Assembly (NCBI GenBank): GCA_043803685.1
Contig: JAZDJU010000117.1
Location: 1 to 55,231, forward strand
Length of the DNA stretch: 55,231 nucleotides
Direction: 5' to 3'
Origin: Candidatus Omnitrophota bacterium
GTDB taxonomy: Bacteria; Omnitrophota; Omnitrophia; Omnitrophales; Aquincolibacteriaceae
Shown: one piece after another, positions 17,598 to 27,249 of the stretch
How positions within the stretch are numbered: the first letter of the stretch is position 1
Layout of the letters: each line of letters opens with the position of its first letter
The notes under the pieces: model-generated
Told to the model about the DNA's origin: nothing
Database searches by the model: none
What the model saw: only the letters and a program-made list of their open reading frames with translations
Program-made: the position numbers and the translations under genes

Positions 17598-18845
17598 TTA
17601 CGAGACCCGTTCGCCGCGGATGAGGTCTTGATAGGTCTCGCGTTTGCGGACGACTTTGAAAGCGCCGCCCTTGACCATGACTTCGCAGGCGCGGGGACGG
17701 GAATTGTAGTTCGAGGCCATGGTGAAACCGTAAGCGCCCGTCGACATGATGGCGAGCGCGTCACCGGCTTTCATTTCCGCAAGCTCCCGATCCTTCGCGA
17801 AAAAGTCCCCACTTTCGCAGATGGGACCCACGACGTCGTAAACCCACCCGTGCACCTTTTCGTTCTTCACGACGGGCCAGATGTGGTGGAACGCGTTGTA
17901 GAAGGCGGGACGGATAAAATCGTTCATCCCGGCGTCCACGATCACAAACTTCTTCACGTCGGTCTCTTTGACGTAGATCACTTTCGTTGCGAGGATGCCG
18001 CTATTGGCCGCGATAAAACGTCCGGGCTCGAAAATGAGCCGGCATTTCCTTTTCTTGAAGATCGGCAGGATCTTCCGCGCGAACTCTTCCGCGGTCTGAG
18101 GGTTCTCGTCGCTGTAGATCGCACCCAAGCCGCCGCCCAGGTTCAGGAATTTGATCCGGGTCCCGGCCGCTTCAAGCTCGTCGATGAACTCCACGATCTT
18201 TTGGAATGCCTCGACGAAAGGCTCCCCCGTCTCGATCTGGGAGCCGATGTGCACATGAACGCCCGACACCTGGGCGTGGGTGAAACATTTCGCGTTCTTG
18301 AAGATCTCGCGGGCTTTCTCGAAATCGATGCCAAACTTGGTCTCGGCTTTTCCGGTCGTGATGTACTCGTGCGTGTGCGGGTCAACGTTGGGGTTGATCC
18401 GAAGCGAAACGTTCACTTTCTTTCGCATTTTCTTGGCGATCGCGTTGATCTGCTCAAGCTCGGGCATCGACTCGACATTAAAAAGAAGGATCCGGGCCTT
18501 GATCGCGTCACGGATCTCGTCTGCGGTCTTCCCCACGCCGGCGTACACGATGTTCTTCCCAAGACATTTCGCCTTCCGCGCCCGGAAAAGTTCGCCGCCG
18601 GAGACGATATCGAGACCCGCGCCTTTTTTGACAAGCGCGCGCAGGACCGCGAGGTTCGAGTTCGCCTTCACGGAATAACAGATGAGCGGCTTCGCGGAAC
18701 GGAACGCCTTCTGGAGTTTCGCGAGATGGTCGGTGAAGGTTTTGTAACTGTAGATATAGGCGGGGGTGCCGGTCTTTTTCAGGATCTTGCTAACGCGGAC
18801 CTTGTCGCAATAGAGCTCGCCATTCTTGTAAAAGAAATCGTGCAT
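17598..18845 (-). CDS. lysA: Diaminopimelate decarboxylase
   Basis: YSVKANSN, HVHIGSQ, LNLGGGLG, FEPGRF, GPICESGD; start ATG 18845. Confidence 0.96.
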   Translation of the reverse strand: MHDFFYKNGELYCDKVRVSKILKKTGTPAYIYSYKTFTDHLAKLQKAFRSAKPLICYSVKANSNLAVLRALVKKGAGLDIVSGGELFRARKAKCLGKNIVYAGVGKTADEIRDAIKARILLFNVESMPELEQINAIAKKMRKKVNVSLRINPNVDPHTHEYITTGKAETKFGIDFEKAREIFKNAKCFTHAQVSGVHVHIGSQIETGEPFVEAFQKIVEFIDELEAAGTRIKFLNLGGGLGAIYSDENPQTAEEFARKILPIFKKRKCRLIFEPGRFIAANSGILATKVIYVKETDVKKFVIVDAGMNDFIRPAFYNAFHHIWPVVKNEKVHGWVYDVVGPICESGDFFAKDRELAEMKAGDALAIMSTGAYGFTMASNYNSRPRACEVMVKGGAFKVVRKRETYQDLIRGERVS

Positions 18846-18934
18846 CTTCTCTTCGTGGAAATCAGTCCGGGGCATATGCGCACCTCATGGCTTATGAAGG
18901 GGCCAGACAAGCATGGATACCCAGCCCCGTTCGC

Positions 18935-20311
18935 TTACAGCGCTTTCTTCCATTCCGCGATCGCTTGCCGCACCCTCGAGGGATGCGTGCTTCCGATCGT
19001 TTTCTTTCCTTTCACGGATTCCTTCGCGTCAAAAAGATCGTGGATGTCCGCGCCGAACTTGGGCGAGAACTTTTGCCATTCTTTCACGGACCATTCCCGG
19101 AGCCGTTTTTCGGATTCGATCGCGCACCGGACGGTCTCGCCGACCAGATGATGAGCCTCGGTGAACGGAACTTTTTTCCGGACGAGGTATTCCAGGACAT
19201 CCGTCGCGAAAAGACTGTCGTCGTCGAGGGCCCGGAGGAGCGCCTTCTTGTGCCAGGTCGCGGAACCCACGGTCAGCGCCAGAAGTTCGAGCGCCGTCAC
19301 GGTCTTTTTCACGGCATCGAACACGCCGGGTTTGTCTTCCTGAAGATCGCGATTGTAGGAAAGCGGCAGGCCCTTTTGAGCGACGAGAAGGGACTGAAGA
19401 TGCCCGAAGATCACCCCCGCCCTGCCCCGCACGAGCTCGAACACATCCGGGTTCTTCTTCTGCGGCATGAGACTTGAGCCGGTCGCGAACGCGTCATCGA
19501 GTTCCACGTAACCGAACGCCTCGGAGTTCCAGAGAATGAAATCCTCCGAAAGCCGGGAGAGATGCACCCACAAAATGGACAGCGTGCTCAGGATCTCAGC
19601 CAAAGACCCCCGGTCGCTCACGGCGGCCATACTGTTCCTGGCGACCCCGGTGAAACCCAGTTCCCTCGCGAGGAATTTCTGGTCGAGCGGAAGCGCGGAC
19701 CCTGCAAGCGCGGCGGAACCCAGCGGCAGGATATTGATCCGCTTCATGGAATCCGCCAGCCGCGAGTTATCTTCCTCAAGCATTTCGACGTAGGCCAGAA
19801 GGTGGTGCGCGAGAAGCACGGGCTGAGCTTTCCGCAGATGCGTCATTCCGGGGATCAGGAGCTCATTCGCTTTTTCCGCCGTCGTCACCAACGCCTTCTG
19901 AAGTTTCTTAACCCCGTACCAGATCACCGCGATCTTTTCCCGGAGATAGATGCGGGTCGAGGTGATGACAAGATCGTTCCGGCTTCGGCCTGTGTGAATT
20001 TTCTTGGCGACCGCGCCCGCTTTCTTTTCGAGTTCCATCTGAATGAGCGTGTGAACATCCTCGTACCGGTCAGCGTACGCCGCGAGGTCTTGACCTTTCA
20101 GAGCCTGGGCCACCAACTTCAGGCCCCGGAGGATCGCCTTGGATTCCGCGCCCGTGATGAGCCCCACCCGCGCGAGCATTTTCGCGTAGGCTTCGTTCAC
20201 CCGGATCTCGGCGTCAAAAAGCTCCTTGTCCGTCGTCAGCGAATAGCTGAAGCATTTGAGCGCCGGATGCATGTCCTTCTTGAATCTTCCGCCCCACAGT
20301 TTTTTTGCCAT
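18935..20311 (-). CDS. argH: Argininosuccinate lyase
   Basis: KLWGGRF, HTGRSRND, GSSLMPQKKNPD, YNRDLQEDK. Confidence 0.97.
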   Translation of the reverse strand: MAKKLWGGRFKKDMHPALKCFSYSLTTDKELFDAEIRVNEAYAKMLARVGLITGAESKAILRGLKLVAQALKGQDLAAYADRYEDVHTLIQMELEKKAGAVAKKIHTGRSRNDLVITSTRIYLREKIAVIWYGVKKLQKALVTTAEKANELLIPGMTHLRKAQPVLLAHHLLAYVEMLEEDNSRLADSMKRINILPLGSAALAGSALPLDQKFLARELGFTGVARNSMAAVSDRGSLAEILSTLSILWVHLSRLSEDFILWNSEAFGYVELDDAFATGSSLMPQKKNPDVFELVRGRAGVIFGHLQSLLVAQKGLPLSYNRDLQEDKPGVFDAVKKTVTALELLALTVGSATWHKKALLRALDDDSLFATDVLEYLVRKKVPFTEAHHLVGETVRCAIESEKRLREWSVKEWQKFSPKFGADIHDLFDAKESVKGKKTIGSTHPSRVRQAIAEWKKAL

Positions 20312-20333
20312 TTTTTTCACCCTGTTCAAAAAA

Positions 20334-20411
20334 TTCGGAGTTGGGAGCCATGAGTTCGGAGTGCGAAATCAAAAATTTTGCTCCGAACTCCCAACTCAAT
20401 ACTCCGTACTA
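20334..20411. repeat. Heptamer-periodic inverted repeat element E6 (GGAGTT / AACTCC units)
   Basis: GAG at 20338, 20345, 20352, 20359; CTC at 20381, 20388, 20395, 20402; CTA at 20409 is the argG stop, in register. Confidence 0.85.
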
Positions 20412-21593
20412 ACTTTTGTACATTCCTTCGTACGGAAGTCCCCAGAGCTTCATGAAACCGACCGAAGCCTTCCGGTCAAAAATATCACCCTTCGAATACG
20501 TCGCGAGCTTCTCTTGATAGAGGGCGTATTTCGATTCCCGGCCGACGCAGATCGCATGACCCCGGTCGAGCTTGAAACGGACCTTGCCCGTCACGCGCGC
20601 CTGGTTCGACGCGAAGAAAGCGTCGAGCGACCTTTTGAGGGGCGAGAACCAGAGCCCGAAATACACAAGCTCCGCGTACTTTTCGGAAAGCAGTCTCTTG
20701 TAATGGAGGAACTCGCGGTCCATCACGAACCCCTCGAGCTCTTCGTGGGCCTTCAAGAGCACATCCGCCGCCGGAGCTTCGTAGACCTCACGGCTCTTGA
20801 TCCCGACAAGGCGGTTCTCGATCATGTCGAACCGTCCGACCCCGTACTGACCCGCGATCGTGTTCAGGCGATCGATCAGCTCCACGAGCGGCATCCGTTT
20901 GCCATTCAAAGAGACCGGCACACCTTTTTCAAAAACGATATCGATGTAACGCGGCTTCTTCGGCGTTTTGTCCGGGGCGCAGGTCATGACATACGCGTCC
21001 TCGGGCGGCTCAACCATCGGATCTTCCAGAATCCCCGCTTCGATTGCGATGCCCCAGATATTCTTGTCGATGGAGTAAGGGCTCTTCTTGGTCACATCGA
21101 TCGGAATGTCGCGTTCCTTGGCGTATTCGATCTCTTCTTCGCGCGTCTTGAATTCCCAATCGCGAAGTGGGGCAATGATCTTGAGCTTGGGGTCGAGCGT
21201 TCTCACACCCACCTCGAGCCGCACCTGATCGTTCCCTTTTCCCGTGCAACCGTGCGCCACGAATTCCGCGCCTTCTTTTTGCGCGACATCCACAAGGTGC
21301 TTGGCGATCAGCGGACGACCGAGCGCCGTCGCGAGCGGGTACTTGCCTTCGTAGCGCGCGTGCGCCCAGAGCGCCGGCATAATGTAATCCTTGGCGAATT
21401 CTTCCTTGAGGTCCACGACAAAGGTCTTGATCGCGCCCGCGGCCTTGGCCCGCTGAACAAGTTTCGTCTTATCTTTCACTTCGCCGATAAAAGCGCAAAA
21501 ACAGATCACGTCGAGCTCGTGGTTCTCGCCGAGCCATTTCACCGCGCAGGAGGTATCGAGCCCTCCGGAATAAGCCAGTACGACTTTCTTCAT
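20409..21593 (-). CDS. argG: Argininosuccinate synthase
   Basis: LAYSGGLDTS, HGCTGKGNDQVR, ENRLVGIKSREVYE. Confidence 0.98.
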   Translation of the reverse strand: MKKVVLAYSGGLDTSCAVKWLGENHELDVICFCAFIGEVKDKTKLVQRAKAAGAIKTFVVDLKEEFAKDYIMPALWAHARYEGKYPLATALGRPLIAKHLVDVAQKEGAEFVAHGCTGKGNDQVRLEVGVRTLDPKLKIIAPLRDWEFKTREEEIEYAKERDIPIDVTKKSPYSIDKNIWGIAIEAGILEDPMVEPPEDAYVMTCAPDKTPKKPRYIDIVFEKGVPVSLNGKRMPLVELIDRLNTIAGQYGVGRFDMIENRLVGIKSREVYEAPAADVLLKAHEELEGFVMDREFLHYKRLLSEKYAELVYFGLWFSPLKRSLDAFFASNQARVTGKVRFKLDRGHAICVGRESKYALYQEKLATYSKGDIFDRKASVGFMKLWGLPYEGMYKS

Positions 21594-22519
21594 TGGATCG
21601 CTCCTTGGTTAAAAAGATAAAGTAAAATAGCTTTCTGAATATGAAGCCGGTTCTCGGCCTCGTCAAAAACGATGCAGTTCTTGCTTTCCATCACGTCGTT
21701 GGTGATCTCTTCACCCCGGTGCGCCGGCAGGCAGTGCATGACCAGAACGTCCTTCTTCGCGTGTTTTAAAAGTTCCTTATTGATCTGCATGCCCTTGAAA
21801 TCCTTGAGCTTCTTCTGCCGCATCGCTTCTTCGCCCATACTCACCCACACATCGGTGTAGACCGCATCCGCACCTTTCACGGCTTCCGCCGGATCCAGGA
21901 ACCCTTCGATCACGGCACCCGTCTTTTTGGCGATCTGCCGCGCAAGCGCGAGGAGCTTGGGCTTGGGCTGATATTTCTTGGGCGTCGCGTACCGGATCTT
22001 CGCGCCGAGTTTCGCGGCCACAAGCATCAGGGAATGCAGAACGTTATTGCCGTCCCCTACGAACGCGAGCACCGGATCATTTTCCGCCGGGATCTTTTCA
22101 TAAAGCGTCATGTAATCGGCAAGCGCCTGGCACGGGTGCTCGAGGTCACTCAAGCCGTTGATCACGGGTTTCTCGAAATAATCCTGAAACTCGGTGATGG
22201 TCCAGTGGGAAAAGGTCCGCATCACGACCCCGGAAAGATACCGGGACAGGACGCGCGCCACGTCGCGCACTTCCTCGCGCACGCCGAGCTTGATGTCCTC
22301 GGGCCCGAGATAGATCGCGCCGCCGCCCATCGAATAAATGCCGGCCTGAAAAGAGACCCAGGTCCGGGTCGAGGGCTTTTCAAAAATGAATCCGAAGATG
22401 TGGCCTTCAAGCGCGTCACGGACTTCCTGGGGGCGCGCCTTCACCTTGCCCGCGAGCTCCATGATCTTCCGTATTTCTTCGGAGCTAAGGTCGTTGATCG
22501 AGATCAGTGATTTGAACAT
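21590..22519 (-). CDS. argF: Ornithine carbamoyltransferase
   Basis: FEKPSTRT, HPCQALAD, WVSMG, HCLPAHRG. Confidence 0.96.
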   Translation of the reverse strand: MFKSLISINDLSSEEIRKIMELAGKVKARPQEVRDALEGHIFGFIFEKPSTRTWVSFQAGIYSMGGGAIYLGPEDIKLGVREEVRDVARVLSRYLSGVVMRTFSHWTITEFQDYFEKPVINGLSDLEHPCQALADYMTLYEKIPAENDPVLAFVGDGNNVLHSLMLVAAKLGAKIRYATPKKYQPKPKLLALARQIAKKTGAVIEGFLDPAEAVKGADAVYTDVWVSMGEEAMRQKKLKDFKGMQINKELLKHAKKDVLVMHCLPAHRGEEITNDVMESKNCIVFDEAENRLHIQKAILLYLFNQGAIQ

Positions 22520-23727
22520 GCACAACCTTCGCTTTTCTTTGTCTGAAGTTTTTGAAAAACCCGGTCCAGGATCTTCATGCCGAGTTTGATCTCTTTAGCC
22601 GTGACCGTCGTAGGCGGCATGATCCTCAGAACATCGCCCTGCGTCGCGTTGATGAGAAATCCTTCATTCCTTGCCGCATCCGCGTAAGGAGCGGACGGCT
22701 CCTTGAGCTTGAGACCGAGCATCAGTCCCACGCCCCGCGTGCTTTCGATCACGGGATACTTTTCTTTAAGCTTCTCGAACTCCTGCCTCAGAAGCTCCCC
22801 CATCCGGATCGTGTTCGTGAGTAGCTTTTTTTTTCTGATCGCTTTAAAGACCGCGAGACTTGCCGCGCATACGAGCGGGTTCCCGCCAAAGGTCGACGCG
22901 TGCGTCCCGGGCGTAAGCACTTCCTTTTTAATTTTCCTGTTCACGACGAGCGCTCCGATCGGCGCGCCTCCTCCGAGCGTCTTGGCGAGCGTCATGAGGT
23001 CCGGCTCGAGATCGTAGTGCTGGTACGCGAACATCTTCCCCGTGCGTCCCATGCCGGTCTGCACTTCGTCCAGGATGAGAAGCAGGTCTTTCTCGTTACA
23101 AAGTTTCCGGATCCCTTCCAGGAAACTCTTCTCCGCCACATGGACGCCGCCTTCCCCCTGCACGGGTTCGAGCATGATCGCGACGGTCTTTTCATTCACA
23201 AGTTTTTTCACAGACTCCAGGTCGTTGAAATCCGCGTAGCGGAATTTCTCCACGAGCGGCTCGAATCCCTTGTGGAATTTCTCCTGTCCCGTCGCGGTGA
23301 TCGCCGCGAGCGTCCTTCCGTGAAAGGACTGCTTCATCGTGATGATCTCAAACCGTCCGGTCTCGCTGCCGTACTTGCGAGCGAACTTGATCGCGCCTTC
23401 GTTCGCCTCGGCGCCGCTGTTGCAAAAGAAGACTCGGGACGGGAACGATGCTTCGCAAATGACCCGCGCGAGCTCGGCCTGCTTCACATTCAGGAAATTG
23501 TTCGCGACGTGGAGGATCTTCCGCGCCTGTTCCTTGAGGGCGTTCACCACGATGGGATGGCAGTGCCCGATGCCGGAGACGGCCCAACCTGGAAAGAAAT
23601 CCAGATAGACCTTGCCTTCAAGGTCCCAAACGCGCGAGCCCTTGCCCTTGACCAGGCACACCGGCACCCGGGTGTAGGTCGGCATCACGTATTGTTCGTA
23701 GAGTTTCTGGACTTCGGAGGTTTTCAT
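22504..23727 (-). CDS. argD: Acetylornithine aminotransferase
   Basis: NSGAEANE, FHGRT, DEVQTGMGRTG, AKTLGGG, STFGGNP. Confidence 0.95.
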   Translation of the reverse strand: MKTSEVQKLYEQYVMPTYTRVPVCLVKGKGSRVWDLEGKVYLDFFPGWAVSGIGHCHPIVVNALKEQARKILHVANNFLNVKQAELARVICEASFPSRVFFCNSGAEANEGAIKFARKYGSETGRFEIITMKQSFHGRTLAAITATGQEKFHKGFEPLVEKFRYADFNDLESVKKLVNEKTVAIMLEPVQGEGGVHVAEKSFLEGIRKLCNEKDLLLILDEVQTGMGRTGKMFAYQHYDLEPDLMTLAKTLGGGAPIGALVVNRKIKKEVLTPGTHASTFGGNPLVCAASLAVFKAIRKKKLLTNTIRMGELLRQEFEKLKEKYPVIESTRGVGLMLGLKLKEPSAPYADAARNEGFLINATQGDVLRIMPPTTVTAKEIKLGMKILDRVFQKLQTKKSEGCACSNH

Positions 23728-23730
23728 TTT

Positions 23731-23819
23731 TTTAGCGTTCAGCTTTAAGCGATAAGCGTTAAGTTTTAAGCGTAAAGCGTAAAAAAGCTTACCGCTTATC
23801 GCTTACCCCTTATCACTAA
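23731..23819. repeat. Heptamer-periodic inverted repeat element E7 (TAAGCG / CGCTTA units)
   Basis: AGC/AGT at 23734, 23741, 23748, 23755, 23762, 23769, 23776; (G/C/A)CT at 23787, 23794, 23801, 23808, 23815; last unit contains the argB stop. Confidence 0.9.
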
Positions 23820-24670
23820 AGTGTGATTTCAGTTCCAATACCCTGGTCGGTAAAAATTTCAAGCAAGAGGGCGTGCGTGATGCGACCGTCAATAATGTGA
23901 GCCTTCTGAACGCCGCCCTGAAGCGCATCGATGCAGGCCTTGACCTTGGGGATCATGCCCCCAGTGATGATCTTCTGATCGATCAACTGCTGGGTCTCGC
24001 TCACGCGGAGCGACGGAATAAGCGTGCTTTCATCCGCCGGGTCGCGCATGATGCCTTGGACGTTCGTGAGCACCATAAATTTCGGGACATGCATCGCGGC
24101 TGCGACATTGGCCGCCGCCTCGTCTGCGTTCACGTTGTACATTTCGCCGTCCGGTCCCTTGCCAACCGGAAAGATCACCGGAATCCTGCCGAATTCCGTG
24201 AGTTCCTTGAGCGGCACGGTGTTGACCGAAGAAACATCGCCGACAAAACCCACATCGCCGTTGTCGGTGTGCTTCACCACATTCAAGATCTCGGCCCCGT
24301 ATCCGGAAAGCCCGACCGCGGAACCTCCGAGCCGTTCAATGTCGTGCACAATACTGCGATTGAGTTCCGCCAACGTTTCGTTGACGACCTCGATCGTCGC
24401 TTTGTCAGTCACGCGCAACCCGTTCACGAACTGGCTCTGCACGCCCCTCTTTTTCATGGCGTCGGTGATGAACTTGCCGCCTCCGTGGATCAGGATCGGA
24501 CGGATGCCCACGTAGCTCATGAACACAAGGTCCTGAAGCACCATGTCACGGACTTCCTGATAGGTCAGAGCCGCGCCGCCGTACTTGATCAGAACTTCTT
24601 TGCCACGGAATTTCTGGATGTAGGGGAGCGCTTCGACCAGGGCCTGCGCTTTTTCGATGTATTCTTTCAT
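23816..24670 (-). CDS. argB: Acetylglutamate kinase
   Basis: IKYGGAA, HGGG, GLRVTD, NVNADEAA, GGMIPKV. Confidence 0.97.
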   Translation of the reverse strand: MKEYIEKAQALVEALPYIQKFRGKEVLIKYGGAALTYQEVRDMVLQDLVFMSYVGIRPILIHGGGKFITDAMKKRGVQSQFVNGLRVTDKATIEVVNETLAELNRSIVHDIERLGGSAVGLSGYGAEILNVVKHTDNGDVGFVGDVSSVNTVPLKELTEFGRIPVIFPVGKGPDGEMYNVNADEAAANVAAAMHVPKFMVLTNVQGIMRDPADESTLIPSLRVSETQQLIDQKIITGGMIPKVKACIDALQGGVQKAHIIDGRITHALLLEIFTDQGIGTEITL

Positions 24671-24671
24671 T

Positions 24672-24756
24672 TTTTAGCGTTTAGGGTTTAGCGTTTAGGG
24701 TTTAGAATTTTTTTGAATTTCTATCCCCTATACCCTACACCCTATTCCCTTTCCTA
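24672..24756. repeat. Heptamer-periodic inverted repeat element E8 (TTTAGGG / CCCTA units)
   Basis: TAG at 24675, 24682, 24689, 24696, 24703; CTA at 24721, 24728, 24735, 24742; fills the argJ-argB gap. Confidence 0.9.
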
Positions 24757-25974
24757 GGAGTAAGCCGCGTTGATCAACACGTATTTCGTCGTGAGGTCCG
24801 AGGTGATAAATTCCGCCCGGCCTCTTCCTTTACCGATCACCACATCGATCGTGTATTCTTTTTTCTGCAAGATACGCCGCGCCTTCGGAAGGTTCAACAC
24901 CCGGAGCCGTCCCTGGCTCACCACCTGCGCGTCACCGAACCAGATGCTCAGATTGTTGGGGTTGAAATCCACGCCGCTCGCCCCAACCGCTGCCGCGATA
25001 CGGCCCCAGTTCGGATTGGAACCGGCGAGCATGGTCTTGAAAAGCATGGAGTTGGCGATCTGCCGCGCCGCTTTCTCCGCGTCCGTCGGCGTTTTCGCGC
25101 CCGAGATCCGGAGCCGGCACACGTGCGTTACGCCCTCGCCATCCACCACCATCTCATGCGCGATGTAACGCATCACTTCTTCCAGGGTCTCCCGGAACAT
25201 CCAGTAATCCTTGCCGACCTTATGGATCGGAGAGTTCTTGGCTTCCCCGTTGGCGAGACAAAGCACCATATCGTTCGTACTCATGTCATTATCAATCGCC
25301 ATTTGATTGAACGTGTCGTCGGCCGCGTGACGCACGGCCCGCCGGAGCAGGGACTTCGTGATCGCCGCGTCGGTCGTAATAAAACAAAGCATCGTGGCCA
25401 TATTGGGATGCACCATTCCGGCGCCTTTCGCGCAGGCCGCGATCGTGACTTTTTTGCCGCCGAGCTCCACGGAAAGCGCGATCTCTTTGCTGGAAAGATC
25501 CGTCGTCAGAATGCCTTTGGCCGCGCCGTGCCCGCCCGCTGAAGAAAGCCGGCTCACGAGTTTCGGAATGGCCCGTTTCACGCAACTGATCGGAAAAGGA
25601 ACGCCAATGATCCCCGTCTGCGCGAGCAGGACTTCCTGCGGAAGCACTTCCAGATATTTCGCGGCTTCCCAGGTGATCTCATCGACCGCCTTCTTGCCGA
25701 TCGGCCCGTTGAGGCAATTCGCGTTGCCGCTCGTCCCGAGGATCGCGTGATGCTTCGAAGCGTGGATCGCCTTCATCGAATAGAGCACCGGCCACGCCTT
25801 GGCCCGGTTCGTGGTGAAGGTCCCAGCCGCGACGCAAGGCGTCTTGGAATAGGTCAGAGAGACGTCATACTTTTTCTTTTTCCGTTTGATCCCCGCGTGA
25901 ATGCCGCCGGCGATGAACCCTTTCGGGCTGGTCACGGAACCGTTCTTCTCTTTTTTCCAAAAAGGTTTTTTCAT
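24754..25974 (-). CDS. argJ: Ornithine acetyltransferase / N-acetylglutamate synthase
   Basis: SGNANC, KGAGMVHPNMATML, STNDMV, DGEG, NPNWGRI; likely start 25974. Confidence 0.95.
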   Translation of the reverse strand: MKKPFWKKEKNGSVTSPKGFIAGGIHAGIKRKKKKYDVSLTYSKTPCVAAGTFTTNRAKAWPVLYSMKAIHASKHHAILGTSGNANCLNGPIGKKAVDEITWEAAKYLEVLPQEVLLAQTGIIGVPFPISCVKRAIPKLVSRLSSAGGHGAAKGILTTDLSSKEIALSVELGGKKVTIAACAKGAGMVHPNMATMLCFITTDAAITKSLLRRAVRHAADDTFNQMAIDNDMSTNDMVLCLANGEAKNSPIHKVGKDYWMFRETLEEVMRYIAHEMVVDGEGVTHVCRLRISGAKTPTDAEKAARQIANSMLFKTMLAGSNPNWGRIAAAVGASGVDFNPNNLSIWFGDAQVVSQGRLRVLNLPKARRILQKKEYTIDVVIGKGRGRAEFITSDLTTKYVLINAAYS

Positions 25975-25975
25975 G

Positions 25976-26998
25976 TTAAACAAGCCCCGCTTCTTCCGGG
26001 AAACCAAACCGGAGGTTCATGTTTTGGACGGCCTGACCCGCCGCGCCTTTGACGAGATTGTCGATCGCTGTAAGGATCACCACACGCCCTGTTTCTTCTT
26101 GTACACTCACGCCGATATCACAAAAATTCGTGTGCTGCACATCTTTCACGGAAGGATATTGTCCCGCGGGCCGGACCCTCACGAAAGGCGACTGCTTGTA
26201 AGCGGTCTCGAGCGTCTTCCGGATCGCGGCTTCCGTGCCCTTGGCCGTCGTCTGGGCGTAGATCGTCGCGAGAATGCCGCGATTGATCGGGAGGAGATGC
26301 GGCACGAACGTGATCTTCACCGGTTTTCCGGCCGCTTCCGAAAGCGTCTGTTCGATCTCGGGCGTATGCTGATGCCGGTTCACTTTGTAAGCGCTGTAAT
26401 TCTCGCTCGCCTCGCAGAAATGGGTCGTGGTCGCGAGTTTCTTCCCGGCGCCGCTCACGCCGGAGGCGGCATTGATGATAATAGACTTGGGATCGACCAG
26501 CTTTTTCTTGATAAGCGGAATGAGCGCCAAGGACGGCCCCGTGGGATAACAGCCGGGATTCGCGATCAAATCCGCCTTCTTGATCTTCTCCCGGTTGATC
26601 TCGGAGAGTCCGTAGACCGCTCTCGAAAGATACTGGGGCGCGATGTGATTCACGCCATACCATTTTTCGTAGATCTTCTTGTCCCTCAGCCGGAAATCCG
26701 CGGAAAGATCAATCACGGTCTTTCCCGCCGCGAGGAGTTGCTCGGCCGCGGTCATGGCCTCCGTGTGAGGAAGGCAGAGAAAAACAACGTCCGCTTTTTT
26801 CACGACCGCTTCGAATGAATAAGGCGTGATCTCAAGCGTAATGTCTTTGGAAACCGAAGGAAGGACTTCCCGAAGGGCAATGGACTTTTCCTGCCGCGTA
26901 GTCAGCAGAGAGACCCGGACATGGGGGTGGGCCAAAAGCAACTTCGTGAGTTCGGCTCCGGTATACCCGGTGGCGCCAAGAACCGCACAATTCAACAT
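25976..26998 (-). CDS. argC: N-acetyl-gamma-glutamyl-phosphate reductase
   Basis: GATGYTG, IDLSADFRL, ANPGCYPT, DNLVKGAAGQAVQ; start ATG 26998. Confidence 0.97.
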   Translation of the reverse strand: MLNCAVLGATGYTGAELTKLLLAHPHVRVSLLTTRQEKSIALREVLPSVSKDITLEITPYSFEAVVKKADVVFLCLPHTEAMTAAEQLLAAGKTVIDLSADFRLRDKKIYEKWYGVNHIAPQYLSRAVYGLSEINREKIKKADLIANPGCYPTGPSLALIPLIKKKLVDPKSIIINAASGVSGAGKKLATTTHFCEASENYSAYKVNRHQHTPEIEQTLSEAAGKPVKITFVPHLLPINRGILATIYAQTTAKGTEAAIRKTLETAYKQSPFVRVRPAGQYPSVKDVQHTNFCDIGVSVQEETGRVVILTAIDNLVKGAAGQAVQNMNLRFGFPEEAGLV

Positions 26999-27047
26999 TT
27001 TAATGTGTTTTTCTCCTGTAAGGACATGCCTTTCCAACGAATTCGGT

Positions 27048-27076
27048 ATTATAGAAATGGCTCTATCCTTTGTCAA
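27048..27076 (-). promoter_or_regulatory. Consensus sigma70 promoter of the arg-lysA cluster
   Basis: TTGACA-17 nt-TATAAT. Confidence 0.85.
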
Positions 27077-27086
27077 TTTAAGAAGT

Positions 27087-27164
27087 TACGAATTCCGTAC
27101 GGCGTATCGCGTAAGGCGTACGGAGAATTTTTCCTTCTACGCGCGGAACGCCGTACGCCTTACT
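27087..27164. repeat. Heptamer-periodic inverted repeat element E9 (GCGTA / TACGC units)
   Basis: CGTA at 27096, 27103, 27110, 27117; TACG/AACG/TACG/TACT at 27138, 27147, 27154, 27161; between divergent argC and rnc. Confidence 0.75.
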
Positions 27165-27249
27165 GAGGGGGAGAGATCTTAGATCTTTCTTATAGCTGTA
27201 ATACTAAAAATAGATTGATTTTATGGCAAAACATGACTATGGTACGCCC

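Noticed and set aside
18846..18934. Lysine riboswitch upstream of lysA
   Set aside because: The gap is only ~90 nt, far shorter than the aptamer; a CGGGGC/GCCCCG stem is present but no recognisable core.
24672..24756. TTTAGGG repeats as eukaryotic telomere contamination
   Set aside because: Few degenerate units, paired with inverted arms and embedded between intact bacterial arg genes; same architecture as the non-telomeric unit types.
27000..27090. ArgR (ARG) boxes at the arg promoter
   Set aside because: No convincing TGAAT-N4-ATTCA-type palindrome found.
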